DNA of 64,000 nucleotides from an uncultured virus (IMG/VR IMGVR_UViG_3300009181_007169) (IMGVR_UViG_3300009181_007169); one strand, 5' to 3'. Shown: positions 48,432 through 58,119, counted from the stretch's first letter. Program-made: numbers and translations. The notes: generated from the sequence alone by a model not told the origin.

Positions 48432-49009
48432 TGAACATTTTTCGTGAAGCTGATCTCAAAAAATGGTTTGATGAAGAGAAGTGGGTTGATGTCTCAAGAC
48501 CTAAAAAAGGAGGAGGCTATGAAGAATGTGGTCGATCTGATGCTGATAAAGGTAAATATCCAGTTTGTACCCCAGCTTCTAAAGCAAAAACTTTAGACGA
48601 AAAAGAAAGAAAAAATAGAATTAAAGCAAAACGAAAAAACGAAAAAAAGAAACGAAAAGGCAAAAGCCCACACATGACAAATTACACTCCTTCACAAGGA
48701 GGCAAATCTAACCCAAAAACTGCCAGTAATAATTTTGTTGAAAAACTTGTAAAATCAGAAGGGATCAAAATAGAAACATCTTTTAAAAATTGCCTAAAAA
48801 TGTATCATGATCATTTTTTTGATTTAAAAGGAAGTTGGGAATTTGATGACTTATTGACACCACAAATGATTGAAAAATTATTCCCAAGGGAAGTGTTAAA
48901 TCTTCCTGTAATTATTGATGGTAAGCATGTTGTTATTGATATTCCAAATACTGGAGTAGAGGTTTTTAATATGATTCCAGAGTATTTGATAAATACAACA
49001 ATGAGGTAA
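48431..49009 (+). CDS. Basic viral protein, C-terminal part of a DUF5872-like domain
   Basis: LKKWFDEEKWVDV...CGRS...YPVCTP. Confidence 0.55.
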   Translation: MNIFREADLKKWFDEEKWVDVSRPKKGGGYEECGRSDADKGKYPVCTPASKAKTLDEKERKNRIKAKRKNEKKKRKGKSPHMTNYTPSQGGKSNPKTASNNFVEKLVKSEGIKIETSFKNCLKMYHDHFFDLKGSWEFDDLLTPQMIEKLFPREVLNLPVIIDGKHVVIDIPNTGVEVFNMIPEYLINTTMR

Positions 49010-49011
49010 AA

Positions 49012-49473
49012 ATGAAACCAGCTTTGCTTGACTCTATATATAATAAAATAAATTCCGATGATGAAAAAACGGGATTGAAAGATCTTTCCGCCGCTTATTG
49101 CAAAAAAGTGTTGATGAAATATTTGCATCTTTTAGATAAAGCAAGTGTAACAAACTTAAAAGAAAAAGTTAATATTAAATTAAAATTTTCAACTGGGAAA
49201 ACTTATGAAGATAAAAGATTTGCAAGTGAATATATTCTTGAAACTTTATTATTTTCAGAAGAATTTGAAGATGAAATAGCCCCACTTGATGAAAAATTTC
49301 TCAAAGATTGCCCTTGTAATAATAAAGAAGAATATTTAGATTATCTCAAATATAGCATTGCAGATATTGGCTGGGAATCAATTGATATTAAAGATTGGAT
49401 GAAAATAGCAGAAAAATTTGATTCTTGTGAGTCTGTTGCAGAAATTATTAAAGAAAATGATGACGAAGAATAA
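49012..49473 (+). CDS. Hypothetical protein
   Basis: 153 aa; GAGG SD. Confidence 0.55.
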   Translation: MKPALLDSIYNKINSDDEKTGLKDLSAAYCKKVLMKYLHLLDKASVTNLKEKVNIKLKFSTGKTYEDKRFASEYILETLLFSEEFEDEIAPLDEKFLKDCPCNNKEEYLDYLKYSIADIGWESIDIKDWMKIAEKFDSCESVAEIIKENDDEE

Positions 49474-49493
49474 AAAAAATTCGTATATTATTT

Positions 49494-50492
49494 GTGTTAA
49501 AATCATGTAACTTATTATCATTTGATGATGTTTGGCTAGAACCAAGATATTCTGAAATAGAAAGCAGAGCTAATCCAATTTTATCTAGCAAATTGTCACC
49601 TTCTGTCACTCTTAAACATCCAGTAATAGCTTCAAATATGGCTTCGGTTGTTGGTGAAAAAATGGCTCACACTTTTGACAAAAGTGGCTCTATCGCTTTT
49701 CACCATAGGTTTTTAACTCGTGATGACTTGATAGATCTTACTGTCACACACACTGGCAAAATGAAATATTTTGCTTTTTCAATTGGTGTTAAAGAACATG
49801 ATCTCAATACAGCTAAAGATATTTTTTATCTCTTGGGCAATGACGCAATTGTTTTAGTTGATATTGCTCATGGTCACTCTAAAAAAATGGGAGAGTTTGT
49901 GACCAAAGTTAAAAAAATTGGATTTGATACAGTGGTAGCTGGAAATGTTGCTACCGCTGAAGGCTATCAGTTTTTAACAGATCATGGCGCAGATAGTGTA
50001 AGAGTGGGTGTTGCTGGAGGAAAAGCATGCACAACAAAATATGTCACAGGTCACCATGTACCCACTCTTCAATCAGTGTATGAATGCGCGTCTCAAAAAA
50101 CTACAGCATCAATTATAGCTGATGGTGGTATTGCAACTTCAGGAGATGCCTCTAAAGCTTTAGCGGCTGGAGCAGATTTTGTTTGCTTAGGCAGCGTTTT
50201 GGCACCAACTTCTGATTCACCTTCCGAACTCGTACACGATCCTGATGGAAGTTCTTACAAACTGTACTATGGAATGTCATCTAAAACAGCCATCGATAAA
50301 TTTTTTAGTGGCAAAAAAACACATGTGGCACCTGAAGGTAAAGCAATTAGAATGCCATATGTTGGTGAAACTTCAGACGTTTTGAGAGAATTTTTAGCTG
50401 GAATCAAATCTGCATTGAGCTATTCTGGTGCGAATAATCTAGAAAGTTTCCATAACAATGCAATTCTTCGCCATAAAAATCGTATAATATAA
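49494..50492 (+). CDS. IMP dehydrogenase / GMP reductase family
   Basis: LSFDDVWLEP, VDIAHGHS, AGNVAT, GVAGGKACTT, IIADGG, YYGMSS, PEG. Confidence 0.9.
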   Translation: MLKSCNLLSFDDVWLEPRYSEIESRANPILSSKLSPSVTLKHPVIASNMASVVGEKMAHTFDKSGSIAFHHRFLTRDDLIDLTVTHTGKMKYFAFSIGVKEHDLNTAKDIFYLLGNDAIVLVDIAHGHSKKMGEFVTKVKKIGFDTVVAGNVATAEGYQFLTDHGADSVRVGVAGGKACTTKYVTGHHVPTLQSVYECASQKTTASIIADGGIATSGDASKALAAGADFVCLGSVLAPTSDSPSELVHDPDGSSYKLYYGMSSKTAIDKFFSGKKTHVAPEGKAIRMPYVGETSDVLREFLAGIKSALSYSGANNLESFHNNAILRHKNRII

Positions 50493-50494
50493 TT

Positions 50495-50752
50495 ATGAAG
50501 TACTTTAATGACTTTAAAATTTCGCCATTACTTACCAAGCTGATTATCCTCTTGCTGACTTTCTTCTTGAATGGCTTCAGCACAGAGTGGCTTGCCTCAC
50601 ACGACGTTCAGTCTGCTATTCAAGCAGGTGTTAAACTTCTTCCACAAGGTCTTTGGACAGCTGTTGGTATTGACCAATTAATGTTCAATCTTTTCAAGCA
50701 ACCTGAAGTGAAAGCTATGGTTGCTGCAATGCAAGTAAAGAAGGAAAACTAA
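50495..50752 (+). CDS. Small membrane protein, possibly holin-like
   Basis: Hydrophobic LLTKLIILLLTFFL segment. Confidence 0.45.
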   Translation: MKYFNDFKISPLLTKLIILLLTFFLNGFSTEWLASHDVQSAIQAGVKLLPQGLWTAVGIDQLMFNLFKQPEVKAMVAAMQVKKEN

Positions 50753-50766
50753 TCTAATTGTCATAA
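50742..50766 (+). promoter_or_regulatory. SigH-like promoter AGG-N18-ATAA
   Basis: AGG aaaactaatctaattgtc ATAA. Confidence 0.5.
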
Positions 50767-50778
50767 ACTTGTATCAGG

Positions 50779-51765
50779 ATGGCTATTTCTGATACAAGTT
50801 TTTTTAATTCTTATCAAGCTACTATTGGTACAGCTTATGCCAAAGGGTTTGATGAAGTATATAATCCATCTTCAACACTTATTACTTATATAGCATCTAG
50901 ACAACTTTTTTTAGCTAGTATGTCTACCACAGAAGTGGCAAATGGTATAAGTGTAGTTAATGCACATTTATCAAACGAAAATACTTACTCTACTGGTGCA
51001 TTAAATATTGCAAAAACCGTAAATCAAACTTTAAACAATTTTTTTAATAATACCTATTCTTCAAGCCTTAGAGATTGGTTTAATGGATTAAGAATAACAA
51101 GAAATATTCCGTGGCAAAATTCATATAAAGAATCTTGGTATCAAGCTAACGCCCAAGAACTTGTTCAACAAATTGGGTTTGCATCATTCAATGGATCTAG
51201 CTTAATTTTTTATCCAGCAACATCCGCTATTACTAATAAACAAAATATAGCCTCAATTTCAACAGTTTCTGGCAATAATGTAACTATTTCTGGTTTTTCG
51301 CCTGTTTCTAATTTTGCTATGAATGGTGATATTATTATAGCTTCAACAGCAAGCGGATTACCAAGTTCTTCACAAATATCTTTATCAACTTCTGTTGTAG
51401 GTTTATATAACACTAACACTATTACACTGTCTGGTCCAATTAGCACATCAACGACTACTCTTTTTGCTTTCAGACCCTTGAAAAACACAGAATACTTGGA
51501 ATTTAGATTTGGCACAGCCGCTATCACAGGATCTGCAGCTACTAGTATCTTTTCTACAATCGGAATTACAGTTTATCTTTCAACAGGGGTTACCACTTTG
51601 GTCACGTTGTCCCCCGCAAACAACACTGGAAGGTTAAATATAGGTATTTATAATAATTCAACTTATAGAGCAACAGGTATTACTTCTATGGGCATCACTT
51701 CTGGATCAATTAATGGGCTTGGTACAATTAAGTCTTTAGAAGTGTGGGTGAAATCAACTAACTGA
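50779..51765 (+). CDS. Ser/Thr-rich probable virion structural protein
   Basis: 328 aa, S/T/G/N rich, low charge. Confidence 0.55.
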   Translation: MAISDTSFFNSYQATIGTAYAKGFDEVYNPSSTLITYIASRQLFLASMSTTEVANGISVVNAHLSNENTYSTGALNIAKTVNQTLNNFFNNTYSSSLRDWFNGLRITRNIPWQNSYKESWYQANAQELVQQIGFASFNGSSLIFYPATSAITNKQNIASISTVSGNNVTISGFSPVSNFAMNGDIIIASTASGLPSSSQISLSTSVVGLYNTNTITLSGPISTSTTTLFAFRPLKNTEYLEFRFGTAAITGSAATSIFSTIGITVYLSTGVTTLVTLSPANNTGRLNIGIYNNSTYRATGITSMGITSGSINGLGTIKSLEVWVKSTN

Positions 51766-52033
51766 TATCATTGTATAAATCAGCATAATGTGGTAAACCT
51801 AAATCATCAAATAATTGAGCAACTTTTAAGTAGTTAACAACCTCAGAAGTTTTTTTCTTTTCTTTTCTTTTCTTTTCTGAGCCAGGATTTTCTTTGTAAA
51901 ATTGTTTCCAAGCTGTACCATAAGCAATGTCATACATTTTTTCTTCAGACATTTTTTTCTTGCTTTTTTTCATTTTTTCAACAATTGCATCAGCAACTTC
52001 ATCAACTCTGTGTGGTACATTTTTTCTTGGCAT
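51758..52033 (-). CDS. Small basic protein, ChaB-like, with C-terminal copy of the leader motif
   Basis: Start MPRKN with GGAG SD; EEKMYDIAYGTAW; YLKVAQLFDDLGLPHYAD. Confidence 0.5.
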   Translation of the reverse strand: MPRKNVPHRVDEVADAIVEKMKKSKKKMSEEKMYDIAYGTAWKQFYKENPGSEKKRKEKKKTSEVVNYLKVAQLFDDLGLPHYADLYNDIS

Positions 52034-52058
52034 TTTTCTACTTGCTCCTATTGTTTCT

Positions 52059-52082
52059 TTCTTAAAAATAACCAAATTACCT
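52059..52082 (-). promoter_or_regulatory. SigH-like promoter AGG-N17-AGAA
   Basis: AGG taatttggttattttta AGAA. Confidence 0.55.
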
Positions 52083-52128
52083 TTTATAATTTAAGTGACT
52101 TTGTATTAATGCTTGTATAAAATTATAG

Positions 52129-52866
52129 ATGCTAGATTACTGCTTGTTTTTTATTTTGCTTCAAAATGATCTAAACACATACAAAATTTTTGGAAACTAT
52201 TTCGAATTACATGCAAAAAATAATCAATTGATACAAAGCAAATTGATGAAAGAAGGTGATAACCCAGAGCTTGTTCTCATTTATAAAGAGTCTAATCAAT
52301 TTATAGAAAATTATTGGAAAAATATTTTATCAGATTGTGTGAAATGGTTAATAATTGTTCCTCAAGATCAAACTAGTGCAATAATTATTTTCAAAGAACT
52401 TAGAGCATTTGGAAAAGCTAGTCTTATTCTTGATAAACAACCAATTATCTTAATCAAAGATTTAAAGCCAAATTTCAAATCTTATTATCGGCAAGATATG
52501 CTTCTACCAATCAATGATGAAAACATTGATGATTTTCTAAACATAAAACTAAACAAACACAATCTGGAAGATTGTTGCATAGCAACAGGTGACAAAGAAC
52601 AAATTTTAAATAAGTGCCTAACTACCTCAGCACCTTATATATACTTTGGAGAACATATTTCTGAGAATAATTTGTCTAAACTTAAAAGTCTTTTTAATGC
52701 AAAAATAAAAATAATAGAATGCGTTAATTTCAAATATCAAACTGTTGGCTTTTTTGTTGATAGAGAACATTTCGCCACTACATATATCTACTCAATTGAA
52801 AAAATATCTTCACTGAAAAATATTCTTAAATTTAAACAATTACACTTGAAAGCTCCCGTATATTAA
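52129..52866 (+). CDS. Hypothetical protein
   Basis: 245 aa; GTATAA 14 nt upstream. Confidence 0.55.
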   Translation: MLDYCLFFILLQNDLNTYKIFGNYFELHAKNNQLIQSKLMKEGDNPELVLIYKESNQFIENYWKNILSDCVKWLIIVPQDQTSAIIIFKELRAFGKASLILDKQPIILIKDLKPNFKSYYRQDMLLPINDENIDDFLNIKLNKHNLEDCCIATGDKEQILNKCLTTSAPYIYFGEHISENNLSKLKSLFNAKIKIIECVNFKYQTVGFFVDREHFATTYIYSIEKISSLKNILKFKQLHLKAPVY

Positions 52867-52868
52867 GT

Positions 52869-53387
52869 ATGAATGAAAATTCTGAAGAGCCTTTTGTTTG
52901 CCTAGAAGTTGATGAAAACTCAAGCATCAGTTCTCTCACTAAAAAATTTGATGAGTTTTTTCCCAATAAAATGGTTAGGCTTAAAATTAAAGGTGATTAT
53001 TCATCATTTTTTTATGTTGGCGGCGGAAAATGGCTCTTTAAACCAAAAGTTAAAAAAAGAAATTTGTTTTTAAAAGCTAAAATAACCCCTGCTATAGATA
53101 TTGAAGATTTAATTGATGAAAAAACCATTTCTTTAATTGAATATCTTGGAATAGATACAAAAAAATTGAGTAAAGTGGAAGAATTAAAAATTCTTGGCGA
53201 AAATATTTCTGGAATGTTTTTCAAAAATAATTCGTATTATATAATTGATCAACGTTTGATTTGTAAAGCTGATGATGTTATTAAATTATTTATTGAAAAG
53301 TTCAATTTTGAAATTGTTTTTGATTTAACTAATTCATGTAATTCTGGCTTTATTATTTTAAAATCAAATTTTGATTTTTTAAGGTAA
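52869..53387 (+). CDS. Hypothetical protein
   Basis: 172 aa ORF. Confidence 0.55.
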   Translation: MNENSEEPFVCLEVDENSSISSLTKKFDEFFPNKMVRLKIKGDYSSFFYVGGGKWLFKPKVKKRNLFLKAKITPAIDIEDLIDEKTISLIEYLGIDTKKLSKVEELKILGENISGMFFKNNSYYIIDQRLICKADDVIKLFIEKFNFEIVFDLTNSCNSGFIILKSNFDFLR

Positions 53388-53389
53388 AT

Positions 53390-53575
53390 ATGATTAAGGT
53401 AGTAGCAAGACAAAATGAAAATATCGATTCTCTTCTTAGAAGATTCAACACAGCTGTTGTTCAAGATGGAGTTCTAAAAGAACTTAAGGATCGCTCAAGA
53501 TATGAAAAACCTTCTGTAAAAAAACGAAGAAAAGCAATGGAAAGAAGAAAAGAACTGAAAAATCCTGTAAAATAA
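53390..53575 (+). CDS. rpsU: Ribosomal protein bS21
   Basis: MIKVVARQNENIDSLLRRF...GVLKELKDRSRYEKPSVKKRRK. Confidence 0.92.
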   Translation: MIKVVARQNENIDSLLRRFNTAVVQDGVLKELKDRSRYEKPSVKKRRKAMERRKELKNPVK

Positions 53576-53579
53576 CTTT

Positions 53580-54383
53580 ATGAAGTTTAAACTCGATTCA
53601 GTTTCAAACGAAGAAAAAGCTAAAGCAGCAAATCTATACACTCAAACTATTCCAACACAACCCGTTCCAGGTCAAAAACCTCATATTAATGTGATTTTTT
53701 GTATTCCTGGGCGGGAATTTACTGCAAATTTTTTGCAAAGTTGGACTAATCTCTGTAACGCTATGTACCAAAATGGTATCTCTTTTGCGCTCAGCAATGC
53801 ATACAGCCCTGTAGTTTACTACGCTCGTACAGCTTGCTTGAGAGCACACGTTTTAAGAGGGAGAGACCAAAAACCATTTAATGGCGAATTCACTTATGAT
53901 TACATCATGTGGATCGACTCAGATATTGTTTTTGCACCAGAAGATTTCTTTAAACTTCTTGAAAGAATGCAAAAAAATCCAAATATGCAATTGCTTTCCG
54001 GAGTTTATTTAATGGCAGATGGACATCACACTACTTGTGTTGATGAATGGGATGAAGATTATTTCCAAAATAATGGATCATTCCAATTTTTAACTTTAGA
54101 TCAAATGGAGAAAAAATCAAAACTTCCTGAAACACAAAAAAATGGTGGCGTGTTTGAATGTGTTTACATTGGTTTTGGCTGGCTAATGGTCAGATATGGT
54201 GTTCATGAATCATTTAGTTACCCATTCTTTAAACCTCAATTTCATGAACTTAAGGGCGGTTCTATTTATGACTTTTCAAGCGAAGATGCAAGCTTTTTCT
54301 TGGAACTTAGAGATAAGGGAATTAAATGCTATGTCGATCCTGATGTTAGGGTAGGACATGAAAAGTCTGTAGTCCTAAAATAA
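53580..54383 (+). CDS. GT-A fold glycosyltransferase (family 2-like)
   Basis: DYIMWIDSDIVF (DxD), GFGW, SEDASF, VGHEK. Confidence 0.8.
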   Translation: MKFKLDSVSNEEKAKAANLYTQTIPTQPVPGQKPHINVIFCIPGREFTANFLQSWTNLCNAMYQNGISFALSNAYSPVVYYARTACLRAHVLRGRDQKPFNGEFTYDYIMWIDSDIVFAPEDFFKLLERMQKNPNMQLLSGVYLMADGHHTTCVDEWDEDYFQNNGSFQFLTLDQMEKKSKLPETQKNGGVFECVYIGFGWLMVRYGVHESFSYPFFKPQFHELKGGSIYDFSSEDASFFLELRDKGIKCYVDPDVRVGHEKSVVLK

Positions 54384-54395
54384 AAAAAGATAATC

Positions 54396-54432
54396 TTAAT
54401 TAAAAATAGGGCTTAGCCCTATTTTTAATTAA
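54396..54432. terminator. Perfect 17-bp inverted repeat; terminator overlapping a SigH-like promoter (54408-54432)
   Basis: TTAATTAAAAATAGGGC-tta-GCCCTATTTTTAATTAA. Confidence 0.7.
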
Positions 54433-54441
54433 ATATTTATT

Positions 54442-54801
54442 ATGAGCTTAGTAGAATTATTTCTGACATTACAAAATCAACTTAGAATTTATCATTGGCA
54501 AACAGAAAGCTATGCGGAACATAAAGCTCTTGGTAAAGCATATGAAAAATTAGATGACTTAATTGACTCGTTCATGGAAATTTACATAGGTAAATACAAA
54601 AGACCAGTGGCAAAAGATAAATTTGAAATTTCATTATTTAATTATTCAAATAATTTCAAAGAAAATATTGATGCTTATATTGAAGTGTTAGAAGACAAAA
54701 TTCCAGCAGCTCTCAATGAAAAAGATACAGATTTACTTAACATTAGAGATGAAATGCTTGGTACTCTCAATCAACTAAAATATCTTCTTACACTAAAATA
54801 A
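54442..54801 (+). CDS. Ferritin/Dps-like four-helix protein (DUF5856-like)
   Basis: YHWQTESYAEHKAL...LDDLIDSFME...LLNIRDEM...YLLTL. Confidence 0.75.
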   Translation: MSLVELFLTLQNQLRIYHWQTESYAEHKALGKAYEKLDDLIDSFMEIYIGKYKRPVAKDKFEISLFNYSNNFKENIDAYIEVLEDKIPAALNEKDTDLLNIRDEMLGTLNQLKYLLTLK

Positions 54802-54806
54802 TCAAT

Positions 54807-54871
54807 AAGCCCAACAAAACAATTAAACATTATTTTTTTTTTTTTAATGTTTCACAGTTTATGTTGGGCTT
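54807..54871. terminator. Long imperfect hairpin between convergent genes
   Basis: AAGCCCAACA...AAACATTA-poly T-TAATGTTT...TGTTGGGCTT. Confidence 0.55.
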
Positions 54872-56266
54872 TTATGCAACAACAGCAGTAGATGGCTGAC
54901 CCGAAGTAATTGGAACAGATTTATCAGACTGTGTTGTTGGTGTTGTTATTGGTGTTTTTGGAGCAACCGGAGCAGATTGTGTAATAGGCTTTAGAAGCTG
55001 ATTTCTTAAGTAAGCCCCCACTTTATTTGGATCTTCGAACTGATTGTTCATTACCATATTTTTAAAATTATTGTTAATTGTTTTTCTGTCTTTCATTTGA
55101 ATCAGTTGATTACTAGCTAATAAATCTTTTGGAGATAAATCAGATTGTGTAATAGTTGGTTGCAATCTTTTGGCTTCGTTGAAAGCGTACCCATTTGACA
55201 AAGAACAAATTAAATCAACACTAAAGCCAATACTTAAACAAATTACAGACCAACCAAGTGAACTTCCACTTGTTAAAGCTACTACCGCAGGTATTTTGAA
55301 AACAATTTGAAGTACATTAAATAAAAAATTTAAAAAATAACAAACTTTTGATCCTGGACTTCCGGTTTTATTTTGAAATTGATTATAGAGGCTTATGAAA
55401 CTCGTGAGCCCATCAACAACGCTAAAAGCTTCAGATAACATCGTTTTTATCACTGGGACACTAAAAACATTTCCCAACCCAGGTATTATTTTTACACAGT
55501 TATGTAATTGTTCTGCAATTTTTTCAATTAAATTTACAGCTTTGGCTGATAAATTTGGTTTAGCAGCGTTGACAGCTACTTCAATATCTTTTGATAATTG
55601 TTGTGTAGTCGTTTTTTGTATTTTTGCTATTTGTGGCAATACTTCTTTATAATTTTTGCCTTTTGCCACAGCTTTAATTGAATCAATTATTTTTGGATCT
55701 TTCAAGGATTTTATATAAATTAAAATTTGTGGGTCAATTGTGCTAGCAAATAAAAAAATTATTTTATTTGCTTCTGAATAAACACTTTTAACTTGTTTTT
55801 TGTAACTTTTAGCCAATTGTTTTAAAATTGCATCATATTTTCCTAAAAGCTGTACATTATTTTGTTTTTTAGCTATAGCATACATAGTCCCAGCTTCTTT
55901 AGCATCATTCAATACAATTTTTCTAAAAATATCTGCGTTGTATAATGCATTTGCTCTTTGCGAATAAGCTTCTGCGCCTGTCAATGCTAGAGGTTTTAAT
56001 ATTCCAAGGTTTTGTAATGTATTTTTGGTACCACCGCCACCACCAGTACCACCGCCACCAGTGGTACCACCGCCGAAAATTCTTTCTGCGTCTAGTTGAG
56101 TTTTTTTAAGACTATTCTCTTCTTGAGGTCCTGCTTCTCTCACCATCCCCAACACAATCTGATCAATTTTGGAAGCCAGTTTAGGGTTTTTAATATCCAA
56201 CTCGTTTGCATAGGAAAGCAAATCTGATATATTATTTTGTTGCATGCATGGAACACAAACTGACAT
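54872..56266 (-). CDS. Hypothetical protein with leader, Gly-rich linker and hydrophobic hairpin
   Basis: LLSYANELDIKNPKLASKIDQI...MVREAG; GGGTTGGGGTGGGGG; hydrophobic YFLNFL...IGFSVDL region. Confidence 0.65.
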   Translation of the reverse strand: MSVCVPCMQQNNISDLLSYANELDIKNPKLASKIDQIVLGMVREAGPQEENSLKKTQLDAERIFGGGTTGGGGTGGGGGTKNTLQNLGILKPLALTGAEAYSQRANALYNADIFRKIVLNDAKEAGTMYAIAKKQNNVQLLGKYDAILKQLAKSYKKQVKSVYSEANKIIFLFASTIDPQILIYIKSLKDPKIIDSIKAVAKGKNYKEVLPQIAKIQKTTTQQLSKDIEVAVNAAKPNLSAKAVNLIEKIAEQLHNCVKIIPGLGNVFSVPVIKTMLSEAFSVVDGLTSFISLYNQFQNKTGSPGSKVCYFLNFLFNVLQIVFKIPAVVALTSGSSLGWSVICLSIGFSVDLICSLSNGYAFNEAKRLQPTITQSDLSPKDLLASNQLIQMKDRKTINNNFKNMVMNNQFEDPNKVGAYLRNQLLKPITQSAPVAPKTPITTPTTQSDKSVPITSGQPSTAVVA

Positions 56267-56275
56267 ACTTTTTAT

Positions 56276-56328
56276 TTACACAATCTGATTCAATTTACCT
56301 CCAAGGTAAAAAAGTAAAATAATTAGAA
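56276..56328. promoter_or_regulatory. Back-to-back divergent SigH-like promoters, each 9 nt before its start codon
   Basis: Minus AGG(56300)-N18-GTAA-N9-ATG(56266); plus AGG(56304)-N18-AGAA-N9-GTG(56338). Confidence 0.65.
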
Positions 56329-56337
56329 AATAAACTT

Positions 56338-56925
56338 GTGGTTAAACTTGACATTCCAAAAGAGCTTCCTAAAAATAAACTTGAAAAAGCAGGTGTTTCA
56401 AAAAAAACTAATGAGGAGCATCTAAAGCTCTGGCAAGGCTATGCCAAAAACAATAACAAAGCTGTAGAGGCTTTAAACCAAAGAAAAAATCTTAAAAACG
56501 TTAATTCCACTTTTTCAGAGGTGAGAAATCAAAAAATGGGATTATCTTTTGCATATGGCGGATTTCTTAACCACAAAGTGTTTTTCAATCATCTTAATGG
56601 AGATGGTGAGCCCACTAAAGAGTTTCTTGCATTAATAAAAGCAGATTATGATAGTTTTTCTAATTATATTAATGATTTAAAAGCCACCGCACTTGCCTCA
56701 AGAGGCTGGTCATTTATTGGATACTGCTATGACCACGAGATGATAATTAATGTAATTGGAGATACACAAAATACATTTCCTATGTGGAATTGTGAGCTTA
56801 TTGGAGCCATAGACATGTACGAGCATGCTTACTTTCCAGATTTTGGCACTGACCGAGAAGGCTACATTGATGCAATCCTAGAAATTATGGATTGGAACCA
56901 AGTGGTGAAAAATATCAGGAATTAA
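56338..56925 (+). CDS. Fe/Mn superoxide dismutase
   Basis: EEHLKLWQGY, NHKVFF, RGW, DMYEHAY.DFG. Confidence 0.9.
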   Translation: MVKLDIPKELPKNKLEKAGVSKKTNEEHLKLWQGYAKNNNKAVEALNQRKNLKNVNSTFSEVRNQKMGLSFAYGGFLNHKVFFNHLNGDGEPTKEFLALIKADYDSFSNYINDLKATALASRGWSFIGYCYDHEMIINVIGDTQNTFPMWNCELIGAIDMYEHAYFPDFGTDREGYIDAILEIMDWNQVVKNIRN

Positions 56926-56927
56926 AC

Positions 56928-57575
56928 ATGAAAAATCTTCTTATTAAAATTGCCTCAATTGCTACAGAGCTTGATAATAATGGGCTTGAAAAAGAAGCTA
57001 AACAAATGCATAGGATATTTTTAAAAATTGCAGAAAGCCCTTTAAGAATTCATAGATTCCAAGTTGAACTTAAAGATGCTCAAGAAGGATTAATACAAGC
57101 AGAAAATGCATATTTTAGAGAAATGGAAAAAATGCAAAATCAAGAGTATTATGACGAATTTTTATCTTCACCTCAACCCTTTGAGTTTTCAAGAAAAATA
57201 GTATGGGCTGGAACATTATTGGCTAGAAAAGATCAAGCTGAAGAAAGATTAAATAACGCGTTAGAGGGTTTGAAAAATGAAGGGGTAGAGCAAATATTCA
57301 AACCAAAACATGCTAAACGACCAAAAGTATCTCCTGAAAAAGCAGAATTGTTTGAATACCTTGCAAGAAATTTTTTAGAAGAAAATAAACGCGATGAAGA
57401 TTATAAATCAAAAATTAAAATGGAAAGTGATCAAGAACTTGAAAATAAAAACCTAGCTTTAAGACAAAGACAGCAAGAAGAACAGAGAAAAATAGATGAA
57501 AAAGAGAAGCAAATTCAAGAACAAAGAGATTTTCATGCAAATTTCTATGCTAACAGTGACGAGCCAGTGATGTGA
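56928..57575 (+). CDS. Hypothetical charged helical protein with shared leader
   Basis: Likely start ATG 56928: MKNLLIKIASIATELDNNGLEKEAKQMHRIFLKIAE. Confidence 0.65.
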   Translation: MKNLLIKIASIATELDNNGLEKEAKQMHRIFLKIAESPLRIHRFQVELKDAQEGLIQAENAYFREMEKMQNQEYYDEFLSSPQPFEFSRKIVWAGTLLARKDQAEERLNNALEGLKNEGVEQIFKPKHAKRPKVSPEKAELFEYLARNFLEENKRDEDYKSKIKMESDQELENKNLALRQRQQEEQRKIDEKEKQIQEQRDFHANFYANSDEPVM

Positions 57576-57576
57576 A

Positions 57577-58041
57577 CTAATCCATTTCCATACACAATCT
57601 GAGAGCTATTTCTTCAGCTTTTTTATCATAAGTATTCCAATCTGGTATTTCTCTTCCAGCACTACATTCGCAGAATAAATCTACCAGATGCTTAGGATAT
57701 CCTAATAGTTCACCCCATTCTTTATCTTTACCTTGCACTTCATAAATCGCCCGAAACTTATCAAAATCTTGTCTTTCACAAATAACTATAGAATCTTCAT
57801 CTAAAAAAAGCAATTCATTACCTCTGTAAACACATCGGTCAATAAAATAAGAATTTACATCAGATTGTGTGTCAGAAAATAAAGCCGCAGGTTTATGCCC
57901 CAAAGCAACAGCCGCTACATCTGGGCTGTCCAAATTAAGAAATCCATGCGCTGAAGGAATATAAGATAAAGATGGATATCTATTTCTTAAATACTTATTA
58001 TTATAAAACTCATGCACTTGTTGTTGCAATTTTTCATACAT
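57577..58041 (-). CDS. Hypothetical protein
   Basis: 154 aa; GHKPAA...WGELLGYP; CGTATA upstream. Confidence 0.6.
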   Translation of the reverse strand: MYEKLQQQVHEFYNNKYLRNRYPSLSYIPSAHGFLNLDSPDVAAVALGHKPAALFSDTQSDVNSYFIDRCVYRGNELLFLDEDSIVICERQDFDKFRAIYEVQGKDKEWGELLGYPKHLVDLFCECSAGREIPDWNTYDKKAEEIALRLCMEMD

Positions 58042-58094
58042 ATTAATTTAATATACGAATGAAAACATCAATTTTTCGCCCGATTATTTTCAAA

Positions 58095-58119
58095 AGGAAT
58101 TTAATCTAAAGACATCTAA
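58095..58119 (+). promoter_or_regulatory. SigH-like promoter AGG-N18-CTAA, 9 nt before GTG
   Basis: AGG aatttaatctaaagacat CTAA tataaaact GTG. Confidence 0.55.

Noticed and set aside
56028..56075. GC-rich ccaccgcca repeats
   Set aside because: Simply encode the Gly/Thr linker of ORF 54872-56266.
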